Shown here: one piece after another, positions 14,032 to 22,289 of the stretch
Layout of the letters: every line of letters starts with the position of its first letter
Numbering within the stretch: the stretch's first letter is position 1
DNA from: Telmatocola sphagniphila
GTDB taxonomy: Bacteria > Planctomycetota > Planctomycetia > Gemmatales > Gemmataceae
Length of the DNA stretch: 32,000 nt
Assembly: GCF_018398935.1 (NCBI RefSeq)
Contig: NZ_CP074694.1
Location: 2,880,001-2,912,000, forward strand
Direction: 5' to 3'
Notes under the pieces: generated by a model
What the model saw: only the letters and a program-made list of their open reading frames with translations
What the model was told of the DNA's origin: nothing
The model's database searches: none
Program-made: the position numbers and the translations under genes

Positions 14032-16977
14032 ATGCTTTCGATCCGCAACCGGTTTTTCGGTCCCATTCTGATAATCCTGGTACTTTGTGCAAAGTCCGAA
14101 GCCGCAACCGATGCCACGGAGAAGACTCTTCGCGCCCTCCAGTTCGTGGATGTTCTGGAAGGCTGGGCGGTTGGCGACGACGGGGTGATTCTTCACAGCG
14201 TTGATGGAGGGATTCACTGGGAGCACCAGAAATCGGGCACCACGGCCTCCCTGCGGTCACTCCACTTCATCGACCCGACCACCGGTTGGGCCGTCGGCAG
14301 TCTGGAAAAACCGACCCGTTCGATCGGCGTGCTGCTGTTCACTCAGGACAGCGGCCGTACCTGGAAGATTCAAAGTCACGACAACCTGCCCGGCTTGAAC
14401 TTCATTCGTTTCTGGGCCGATGGAACTGGCGTGGCGGCCGGACAGAACACCCTCTGGTGTCCCAGCGGCCTGCACGCAACTCGGGACAACGGCAAGACCT
14501 GGATCTCCCTTCCCGGGAGCGGTTCCAGCCCCGTCATTGCCGCCGATTTCAAAGATGCAAAAAACGGCATTCTGCTCCGCGCGGATGGGCAAATCGATTC
14601 TCTACGCGAAGGACAACTCCTCCCCGCCGAATACGATCCCCTGAAAGGCAAAAGAGCCCAGGCGGTAAAATTGATCGATCGCCAGGCGTTTGCCGTGGGG
14701 GAAGGCGACCTGATATTGCGGAGCTCCGATTCCGGAGGCTTACGCTGGGGTTATCTCACGAATCCCACTCTGAAAAAAGCTTCGCCCGATGTCGATTGGA
14801 GATCGTTAGCGCAATCGGGCAACCACCTCTGGGTGGCCGGTTCCCCCGGTTCCATCGTTCTTCATAGTCCGGATCTCGGCAAAAACTGGGAAGTGCAGCG
14901 ATTGCAGCTTTCTACGCCGCTGCGTGCCCTCCATTTTTTCGATGAGAACTTCGGCTGGGCCGTGGGTGAGTTCGGTTGCATTCACAAGACCGTCGATGGG
15001 GGAAAAACCTGGAAGGCGATGACACCGCGAAAACGCCCCGCCGTGTTGATCCATTCCGAAAGTGACGAGGGCATCCGCTACGAACTGGTGACTCAGTTTG
15101 CCAAGGTCGAAGGGTACCGCACTGCAATCCTGCGGAAAACTACCGCTCAAAAAGCGTCTTGCGAATGGGAAGCGTGGAACTACGCCGGCGGACATGGCTG
15201 GGAAAACCGCACGACACCGCTGACGGAACGCGAGGCCGTATTGGCTTTGCGCACCTGGCAGCCCGACGTAACGATTCAGCAGGACGCTTCCGAATCTTTA
15301 AATCCCGCCGATGGGATCTGGAAAGATGCCTATGAGAAAGCCTTCGATCCAACGGCCTATCCGGAACAACTGGACCTACTCAACTTGAAGCCCTGGGCTC
15401 CGTGGCGGCATTTCCATCGGGAGACCGGTTCCAAAGTATTTGCTCTGGATCCGCACTGTCAGGAATTCTCGGAACGCCTGCAAGGTTCGGCCTGGGAGTA
15501 CGTTGAAGAAGCCTATTCCGCTGCCAATCAGCAACGCCCTCTGGAGGGGAGTTGCAAGCTCCAGATGCAGTGGAGCCGCGGCGAAAATCCTTCCCCACGC
15601 GATTTGCTAGACGGCCTTCCCCATCATGCCGAAACTCGCATGAATCTGGAAAACCTGGTGACCTCCGAAAAAACAGTATTGTCCAAACAACTCTTTCGGG
15701 AACGGCAAATCATCCAAACGGTTGCCTCCCAGACCAATTCCTTCGCCAATCCCGATTCGCTGGTAGTGCAGGTCAAACCACTCCTGAGTAAGATGCCCGC
15801 CGGACTGGCCGCCCGCAGTTGTTTCAATCTCGGCCATCAGATGGCTTCTCAAGGACAATGGCCGCAGGCTAAGGAAATATTTCAAATTGTTCTGCGCGAT
15901 TACCCCGAGGATCCCCTGGCGCTGGAAGCGCTTCGCTGGATGATCCAGTACCACAGCAGCAGCGAATGCCGACGCCGGGTGGAAATCCAAAATCACATGA
16001 TTCAGGAACAGATCAAAGCCGAAACGCTGGTCGCGAGCCAGGATACCAACCGGTTCGTGCAGCAGAGGGATGTCAGCCTGATTCGACGAGCCGAGGACAA
16101 TCGTAACTGGCACATGCCTGCCCTGGAGCTGATGAAAAAATTCCCCACTCTCAATTCGAGTACCCAGACCGATCCCAGTCTGGAAATTTGCCTCGCGGCC
16201 GCCCAGAGAAATCTCGGGGAAATTGACCAGGCTACGAAGTACATGCAGAAATTGGTCAGCGAACTGCCTAAGGGACGAAGCGAGCTTCGAGCTCTCAAAG
16301 GGGTCGATCCCTGGAAAGACATCCTTCTGAGCGAACTCTGGCTGATGAATCGCGCCGATGGTCTGGGGAATCCCAAATTGGTCGGCGTTGCCCGGCGGGC
16401 GGCCGCTCGACCCAAGCTGGATGGGATTTTCGACGATGAGTGCTGGAAGGACGTTGTGCCGTTAAAACTCAAGCCGGTTCAAGCTCAAGGCATCAGCAGC
16501 GGTTGCGCCACGCTCCGCGTTCGCTTCGATAGCGATTTCCTTTATCTTGCCATGGAATGCCCTCACGACGAAGGGAAGCCGATCCCCAAATTGTCGCGCC
16601 GGACGCGGGACATGAATCTGCAGGGACAGGATCGCGTCGCTCTTTTCTTCGATCTCGACCGCGATTATCAAACGTTTTTCCGGTTCGAATTCGACGCCCG
16701 GGGAGCCGTTCGAGACGATTGCTGGGGAGACAGTACTTGGAATCCCAAATGGTTTGTGGCAATGAATTCTGATGAATCCCATTGGCGGGCTGAAATCGCG
16801 ATTCCTTTGGTAGAGTTAACCAACGATTCGTCACTGCCTGGAAAAATCTGGGCATTTAACGTGATTCGAACCAAGAAATCGGGAGAGAAAGAAGCCTGGA
16901 GTCTGCGGAACGGGAAAGAGCCGGAACTGGTCGATCTGGGACTCCTGCAGTTTCTGGAACAGCCCCAGCCAAAATAA
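14032..16977 (+). CDS. Secreted multidomain protein: BNR/Ycf48-like beta-propeller, TPR-like helical region and C-terminal CBM9-like carbohydrate-binding domain.
   Basis: The signal peptide from the ATG at 14032 reads MLSIRNRFFGPILIILVLCAKSEA. The track starts at a TTG at 13999. BNR-type motifs recur: SVDGGIHWE, QDSGRTWK, TRDNGKTW, SSDSGGLRW, SPDLGKNWE, TVDGGKTWK. The C-terminus (KLDGIFDDECWKD...LRVRFDSDFLYLAMEC...DRVALFFDLDRDY...WRAEIAIPL...WAFNVIR) fits the CBM9/DOMON-like pattern. Confidence 0.7.
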   Translation: MLSIRNRFFGPILIILVLCAKSEAATDATEKTLRALQFVDVLEGWAVGDDGVILHSVDGGIHWEHQKSGTTASLRSLHFIDPTTGWAVGSLEKPTRSIGVLLFTQDSGRTWKIQSHDNLPGLNFIRFWADGTGVAAGQNTLWCPSGLHATRDNGKTWISLPGSGSSPVIAADFKDAKNGILLRADGQIDSLREGQLLPAEYDPLKGKRAQAVKLIDRQAFAVGEGDLILRSSDSGGLRWGYLTNPTLKKASPDVDWRSLAQSGNHLWVAGSPGSIVLHSPDLGKNWEVQRLQLSTPLRALHFFDENFGWAVGEFGCIHKTVDGGKTWKAMTPRKRPAVLIHSESDEGIRYELVTQFAKVEGYRTAILRKTTAQKASCEWEAWNYAGGHGWENRTTPLTEREAVLALRTWQPDVTIQQDASESLNPADGIWKDAYEKAFDPTAYPEQLDLLNLKPWAPWRHFHRETGSKVFALDPHCQEFSERLQGSAWEYVEEAYSAANQQRPLEGSCKLQMQWSRGENPSPRDLLDGLPHHAETRMNLENLVTSEKTVLSKQLFRERQIIQTVASQTNSFANPDSLVVQVKPLLSKMPAGLAARSCFNLGHQMASQGQWPQAKEIFQIVLRDYPEDPLALEALRWMIQYHSSSECRRRVEIQNHMIQEQIKAETLVASQDTNRFVQQRDVSLIRRAEDNRNWHMPALELMKKFPTLNSSTQTDPSLEICLAAAQRNLGEIDQATKYMQKLVSELPKGRSELRALKGVDPWKDILLSELWLMNRADGLGNPKLVGVARRAAARPKLDGIFDDECWKDVVPLKLKPVQAQGISSGCATLRVRFDSDFLYLAMECPHDEGKPIPKLSRRTRDMNLQGQDRVALFFDLDRDYQTFFRFEFDARGAVRDDCWGDSTWNPKWFVAMNSDESHWRAEIAIPLVELTNDSSLPGKIWAFNVIRTKKSGEKEAWSLRNGKEPELVDLGLLQFLEQPQPK

Positions 16978-16979
16978 AT

Positions 16980-17519
16980 TTATTTTTTCTCGGCGAGGTC
17001 TCGAATGAACTTCTCGACCTCGGCCTCTTTATTCTTATTGTCGAAAGTTTTAACCAATTTGCCCAATCTATTGAAAACGTGCATCTGGGGAGGAACTGTG
17101 ACGTCGATGCGTTTGGAACCCTCTTGAATATTCTCTTCGCTATCCACCAGTATGAAATTTGGAATGAGTGCTTTTTGTTTTGTCAGAAATTCCAGAACCG
17201 CTTTTTCGTTCTCCGCTTCATCCCGGCTGACCGTCATGAAGACCACGCCGAGTTTAGCTAAATCCTTGTTCATCTGCATAATTGAAGGGAATTTCTTCTT
17301 GCAGGGAATGCAGAATTCGCCCCAAACATCCACAATGACGACCTGACCTTTGTAGCCAGCCACCGCCTTCTCGAATTGCTCGAAAGTCACCTTCTCCAGC
17401 TTGGGAGCAGGCTCCTTGGATTCGACGGAGTGCTTTTCCGGGACTGGGGTTTCTACCGGCGCAGAGCTGCAGGCAAGACCTAAGCTCATGAGCACAAAGA
17501 TTGTCAAGTACCACCACAT
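16980..17519 (-). CDS. TlpA/thioredoxin-like thiol-disulfide oxidoreductase lipoprotein.
   Basis: The lipobox reads LMSLGLAC. The thioredoxin-fold motif VIVDVWGEFCIPCKKKFP contains the CxxC pair. Length and layout are typical of TlpA/ResA-like redoxins. Confidence 0.8.
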   Translation of the reverse strand: MWWYLTIFVLMSLGLACSSAPVETPVPEKHSVESKEPAPKLEKVTFEQFEKAVAGYKGQVVIVDVWGEFCIPCKKKFPSIMQMNKDLAKLGVVFMTVSRDEAENEKAVLEFLTKQKALIPNFILVDSEENIQEGSKRIDVTVPPQMHVFNRLGKLVKTFDNKNKEAEVEKFIRDLAEKK

Positions 17520-17662
17520 GGCTTCATCCCTCTCTCCTTCAATTTTTACAGTGGAATCGGGGGAACCTTTCAGTTCATACTATTCATCGAGTTTGGATGA
17601 TCGTAAACTGATAGAAGGAAAATACTCACATTGTCAGCAATTAGAGCGTAACAGACGGAACT

Positions 17663-19462
17663 ATGGCTGAAACTAGTCGGATTCGGAATTTTTCGATCAT
17701 TGCCCATATAGATCATGGCAAAAGCACTCTCGCGGACCAACTGCTGCTGAAAACCGGCACGATATCCGAACGGGACTTCCGAAATCAGCTTTTGGATGGC
17801 ATGGATCTAGAGCGGGAGCGGGGCATCACCATTCAGATGCACCCGGTAACCATCTATTACACCCGTCAGGACCAGGTTTATGAACTCAATCTCATCGACA
17901 CGCCCGGACACGTCGATTTCGGTTATGAAGTTTCCCGTAGCTTAGCGGCTTGTGAAGGGGCTATTCTTCTCGTCGATGCTTTTCAGGGGGTACAAGCTCA
18001 GACCGTCGCCACCGCTTTTCTGGCGATGGAAAATAATCTTACTATCGTTCCGGTTTTGAACAAGATCGATTTACCGACCGCCCGACCCGAGCCGATTATC
18101 GAAGAAATGGAAACCGCCGTCGGCACCAAGGCCGAGGATGTACTCAAGTGCAGTGCGAAATCGGGACTCGGCATCATGGAGGTCCTCGACGCCATTGTAG
18201 ATCGCGTCCCGGCACCTTCCGGTAAACAGGACAATCCACTGAAAGCCCTGATCTACAACAGCCACTTCGACCCTTATAAGGGAGTGGTGGTCTACTGCCG
18301 CTTATTTGAAGGCACGATCAAAACCGGTCAGAAAATCAAGTTGATGCGCGGTAACACGACTTACGTGGTGATGGAAGTCGGCCAGTTCCGACCCAAGATG
18401 CAGCCGTGCGATACGCTCATCGCCGGGCAAGTCGGTTATTTCATGGCGCAAATCAAATTGATCACTGATGTCCACGTCGGCGATACGGTAACCGATTCGG
18501 AAAATCCGACGGAAACCGCGCTGCCGGGCTATAAAGAGCCGCAGCCAATGGTCTATTCGGGTCTCTACCCGATCAACAACAACGACTTCGAAACGCTACG
18601 CGAAGCTCTTTCTCGCCTGAAGCTCAATGATTCCAGTTTCACCTTCGAACCCGAAAGCAGCGATGGTCTCGGATTCGGATTCCGCTGCGGCTTCCTCGGT
18701 CTGCTGCATCGCGAAATTATCGGTCAACGCCTGGAGCGCGATTGTGAAATCGACCTGATCCACACTTCGCCCAACGTGACCTATGAGATTCTGACCCGAA
18801 ACGGGCAGACGATTCTGATTAAAACGCCCCAGGATGTTCCCGATGCCGGGCAGATCGAGGAGTTTCGCGAACCGATCGTGAAGATCAATTTCCTAGTTCC
18901 GACCAGCAACATTGGCGACATCATGACGCTTTGTGCGGAGCGCAGAGGATTCTACTGCCGAACTGAATACCTCAGTACCACCCGAGCGATTCTCACTTAC
19001 GAGATACCTTTAGCGGATGTCATCTACGATCTTTACGACAAGCTGAAATCGGTTACCCGCGGCTACGGTACCATGGATTACGAAATGCTCGGTTATCGGC
19101 CTGCCGATCTCGTCCGGCTGGACGTACTGGTCCATAATCAGAGAGTCGATGCCCTTTCGGTCATCGTGCATCGCACCACGGCCGAGCGCCGCGGCCGCAA
19201 ACTGATCTCCAAACTGCGGGAAAAGATCGATCGACATTTGTTCGAAATCGCACTGCAGGCGGCCATTGGTACGCGGGTCATTGCCCGGGAAACCATCAAG
19301 GCGATGCGTAAGGATGTGACCGCGAAGTGCTACGGCGGCGACATCAGCCGTAAACGCAAACTGCTGTCGCGGCAGGCTGAAGGCAAGAAGCGGATGAAAA
19401 TGGTCGGTCAGGTCGATATCCCCCAGGAAGCGTTTCTGGCGGTATTGGAATCGGACGATTGA
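17663..19462 (+). CDS. lepA: Translation elongation factor 4 (LepA).
   Basis: The sequence IRNFSIIAHIDHGKSTLADQLL, DTPGHVDF, NKIDL and the LepA-specific C-terminal domain (YGGDISRKRKLLSRQAEGKKRMKMVGQVDIPQEAFLAVL) are all present. Confidence 0.95.
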   Translation: MAETSRIRNFSIIAHIDHGKSTLADQLLLKTGTISERDFRNQLLDGMDLERERGITIQMHPVTIYYTRQDQVYELNLIDTPGHVDFGYEVSRSLAACEGAILLVDAFQGVQAQTVATAFLAMENNLTIVPVLNKIDLPTARPEPIIEEMETAVGTKAEDVLKCSAKSGLGIMEVLDAIVDRVPAPSGKQDNPLKALIYNSHFDPYKGVVVYCRLFEGTIKTGQKIKLMRGNTTYVVMEVGQFRPKMQPCDTLIAGQVGYFMAQIKLITDVHVGDTVTDSENPTETALPGYKEPQPMVYSGLYPINNNDFETLREALSRLKLNDSSFTFEPESSDGLGFGFRCGFLGLLHREIIGQRLERDCEIDLIHTSPNVTYEILTRNGQTILIKTPQDVPDAGQIEEFREPIVKINFLVPTSNIGDIMTLCAERRGFYCRTEYLSTTRAILTYEIPLADVIYDLYDKLKSVTRGYGTMDYEMLGYRPADLVRLDVLVHNQRVDALSVIVHRTTAERRGRKLISKLREKIDRHLFEIALQAAIGTRVIARETIKAMRKDVTAKCYGGDISRKRKLLSRQAEGKKRMKMVGQVDIPQEAFLAVLESDD

Positions 19463-19495
19463 AATAATCTCACCCAGGGTTTATCGAGCAAGCGC

Positions 19496-20875
19496 TTGTC
19501 CTCCCCGACATCAGCACCCGATATCGACAGTTCGCCGCCCAACCACTCCCGGCGGTTGGCGGAGCTTTTCGTTCTGTTCATCATCACCATCATTTTCCTG
19601 CGGATTATTGTGATCGAGCCCTACGGGATACCGACGGGCAGCATGGCTCCCACGCTCCTGGGCAATCACAAACAAATGTTCTGCCCGCGCTGCGGTCATC
19701 GAATTGAAATCGGGGACTCCGCCGCCGATCTGCATTCTTTCTGCGTCAACTGCGGCATCACGGCACTCGACTACGATAGCGCCAAGCCGATCCTCGGCGA
19801 TCGGGTCATGGTCAACAAAACCCTCTATTTTTTCCGCAATCCCCATCGCTGGGAAGTGGCGGTGTTCCAATGCCCCAGCGACTACTCGAAACCTTATGTC
19901 AAGCGAGTCATCGGCCTGCCCGGGGAATCGGTCCAGATCCGCGATGGGGATATTTTCATCAACGGCGAACTCTGTCGCAAATCTCAGGAAGAAGCTCTGG
20001 CGTGTTCGATTCCCGTCTGGGATTACCGCTTCGCTCCTTCGCTGATTGGCTGGTCCGAAAACTTTAAGATTGGACCGGAAAAAGCCTTTGTTCTGGAACC
20101 GACTCAGATTCGAATTGAAGCGGCCCAACTCTCTCAACCGAGTTGGATCGCTTATCAGAACTGGTCTTCCGAAAATCGTCGGCAGGAACCGATTCTAGAC
20201 CTCTTGCCGTACAACAACTCCAGCCGGGCCATCAGCGGTCAGACCGTGAGTGATTTCCTGCTGAAGGGGAAGCTGATGACCGAACAGGATACAGGTCGAT
20301 TTGCTATCGAGTTGACCGATGGCGAGGCTCGCCTGCAAATCGACATCGAGTTCCATCCCGAGGGAAGCTTTATCCGCCTCTGGAATGGCAAAAAGTTAAT
20401 TCGCGAAGCCCGGTGCAACGCATTTCGGCCGAACAAGCCCCGATCCTGGGTCTTTTCCTTAGTCGATCGGCGAGCCTCTTTTTCATTGGATGGCTCGGAA
20501 TGGTTCCCGCACTACGACCTCCCGGCGGCCTCGCAGCGAAAAGGCGTCGCCGAACCTTTCCGCTTCATGGCCCAGGGATTTAACGGTGCGGTTTCCGACC
20601 TCCAGTTGTTCCGGGACATTTTCTACCGAGACAGCGGAATCCATGGCGTCGATAAACCCTTTCGGTTGAAGGATCGGGAATATTTCATGCTGGGGGACAA
20701 TAGCCAGAATTCCGACGATAGCCGTACCTGGCCGATTGCGGGCGTCCCGGAACGTAACTTTCTCGGTAAGCCTTTTCTATTGCATCAACCTTCCCGTATG
20801 ACGCACCTTTCGGTAGGGAGCTCTAACTACCAGTTCCCGTCCGTGGATTGGAACCGCATCCACTGGATTCATTAG
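19496..20875 (+). CDS. lepB: Signal peptidase I (S26 family) with an inserted CxxC...CxxC module and a large insertion between boxes D and E.
   Basis: The TM anchor is LFVLFIITIIFLRIIV. Box B is IPTGSMAPTLLG (Ser nucleophile). Box C is GDRVMVNK. Box D is YVKRVIGLPGE (Lys). Box E is MLGDNSQNSDDSR. No in-frame ATG lies upstream of the catalytic Ser. Candidate starts are the TTG at 19496 or the TTG at 19556. Confidence 0.85.
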   Translation: MSSPTSAPDIDSSPPNHSRRLAELFVLFIITIIFLRIIVIEPYGIPTGSMAPTLLGNHKQMFCPRCGHRIEIGDSAADLHSFCVNCGITALDYDSAKPILGDRVMVNKTLYFFRNPHRWEVAVFQCPSDYSKPYVKRVIGLPGESVQIRDGDIFINGELCRKSQEEALACSIPVWDYRFAPSLIGWSENFKIGPEKAFVLEPTQIRIEAAQLSQPSWIAYQNWSSENRRQEPILDLLPYNNSSRAISGQTVSDFLLKGKLMTEQDTGRFAIELTDGEARLQIDIEFHPEGSFIRLWNGKKLIREARCNAFRPNKPRSWVFSLVDRRASFSLDGSEWFPHYDLPAASQRKGVAEPFRFMAQGFNGAVSDLQLFRDIFYRDSGIHGVDKPFRLKDREYFMLGDNSQNSDDSRTWPIAGVPERNFLGKPFLLHQPSRMTHLSVGSSNYQFPSVDWNRIHWIH

Positions 20876-20922
20876 TGCGAACAGTTGTCCGCGATCCCGA
20901 CAGTCTGGCTCGTTTGCTTATA

Positions 20923-22272
20923 ATGGAAAACATGTCTGTCGAAGTTTCCGCTAATCTCGAACCTTGGGAATTGGCTTCCGAGGCCATAGCCGTCAAGATC
21001 CGCTGGTTCGGCTTGATACTCGGCTACCTCTATATTAATTTCGGATCTCCCAGCTCCTCGCCGCTGTTGCTCAATGCAATTATGACCTTCGGCCTGGGAT
21101 TCACGCTCTTCGATACCTGGTACAGCTGGCGCGGCCAGGTATTCTTAGGCTATTATCCGCTGGCCATTTCCTGCATGGAAGCGATCTTCATCGGTCTGCT
21201 TTGCTACTTCGACACCCATTTGAACAGCCCATTCCGGTTCTATTATCTCCTGTCTTTAATCTGCTGTGCCATCCGTTCCAGTTCGAGTATCACCTACATC
21301 ACTTGTGCACTGGACTGCTTGAGTTACTCCTCCCTGTTTCTCTTCGTATCGGACGCCGATCGAAACCCTTTTACACTGATACTGATGCTGACCGTGCTGG
21401 TGTGGGTCTCCTGGGCAGCGAATGCCCTCTCAAAAATTACCCGCCAACTGGTGAGACAACTCCGGGAGCTGAATTCCGCGCTTCAGGAAAACCAGAGCCT
21501 GCTGGAAACCCGCATCATCGAAAGAACGCGGGAACTCAACGAATCTCAGGCGCAGGTGATGCACCAGGACAAGATGGCCGGATTCGGGTTGCTAGCGGCC
21601 GGGATCGCCCACGAAGTGGGAAATCCTCTGACTTCGATCAGTTCGCTGTTACAAATTCTGGAAAAACGCAATCTGGACGAGTACACGCGTTCTAAGCTCG
21701 GGCTGATTGCCGGGCAGTTAAATCGGATTCAGGGGACGCTTCGCGAGTTGATGAATTTCAGCCGGCCCGTCAACCCGGACCGCACCCGCTTCGAGCCAAA
21801 AGAGATCGTCGAGGAAGCTCTGCACATCGCCAAGTATTACAAAGGCATCAAGAGCCGTACCATCGAAAGCGATATTGCCGAAGGGCTTCCGCAACTCACC
21901 GGAATCCGCGATCAGCTGGTGCAAATTATCTTCAACCTCGTTCTGAACGCGATTGATGCCACCAGCAAAGGCGGCCTGATCCGTCTCGAAGCCCGGAGGA
22001 TCGAAAATGTCGTGGAAATTTCCATTCGCGACAATGGCGTGGGAATGTCCGCCGAACAGCAATCCCGACTCTTTCAGCCCTATTTCACGACCAAAAAGCA
22101 AGGCACCGGCTTAGGATTATTCATTAGCGCCAAAATGATTCGCGCTCACGGTGGAGATCTGTCTTTTGAAAGCACGCTGAATCAGGGGACGATTTTCCGG
22201 ATCACCATCCCGACCAGAGAATGGGAACCGCAAAGCGTTCCTCCGCAAGTTCTCTCCTCTTCCCGTTCCTGA
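20923..22272 (+). CDS. Sensor histidine kinase with a six-TM integral-membrane N-terminal sensor, HisKA and HATPase_c.
   Basis: About six hydrophobic segments occur in the first 200 aa, with no large loops. A coiled linker follows. The H-box is AHEVGNPLTSI. N and G boxes are present (LVLNAIDAT, DNGVGM, GTGLGL). I chose the ATG at 20923. The track start (TTG at 20848) would overlap lepB by 28 nt, and the ATG at 20932 is also possible. Confidence 0.82.
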   Translation: MENMSVEVSANLEPWELASEAIAVKIRWFGLILGYLYINFGSPSSSPLLLNAIMTFGLGFTLFDTWYSWRGQVFLGYYPLAISCMEAIFIGLLCYFDTHLNSPFRFYYLLSLICCAIRSSSSITYITCALDCLSYSSLFLFVSDADRNPFTLILMLTVLVWVSWAANALSKITRQLVRQLRELNSALQENQSLLETRIIERTRELNESQAQVMHQDKMAGFGLLAAGIAHEVGNPLTSISSLLQILEKRNLDEYTRSKLGLIAGQLNRIQGTLRELMNFSRPVNPDRTRFEPKEIVEEALHIAKYYKGIKSRTIESDIAEGLPQLTGIRDQLVQIIFNLVLNAIDATSKGGLIRLEARRIENVVEISIRDNGVGMSAEQQSRLFQPYFTTKKQGTGLGLFISAKMIRAHGGDLSFESTLNQGTIFRITIPTREWEPQSVPPQVLSSSRS

Positions 22273-22289
22273 TAGCACAGGAGATTGCC

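Noticed and set aside
13162-14226. A 354-aa ORF on the - strand. This is long for a spurious ORF, and it crosses an intergenic region.
   Set aside because: It is antisense to the strongly family-like carboxyltransferase gene and to the start of the BNR protein. The translation is featureless, and there is no SD or start context. Long antisense ORFs are expected at this GC content and codon bias.
16971-16986. A perfect 16-nt palindrome, AAAATAAATTTATTTT, at the junction of two convergent genes.
   Set aside because: It consists of the two facing TAA stop codons plus A/T flanks. An all-A/T stem with no loop is not a credible terminator. A 7-bp CGAGGTC/GACCTCG hairpin further on lies inside the TlpA-like coding region and lacks a T-run.
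19511-20137. A 208-aa - strand ORF inside lepB. Similar antisense ORFs occur at 7080..7637, 25029..25712, 28133..28771, 11857..12468 and 23040..23537.
   Set aside because: All of them lie opposite genes with unambiguous family motifs and have no motifs of their own. I treat them as antisense artefacts.
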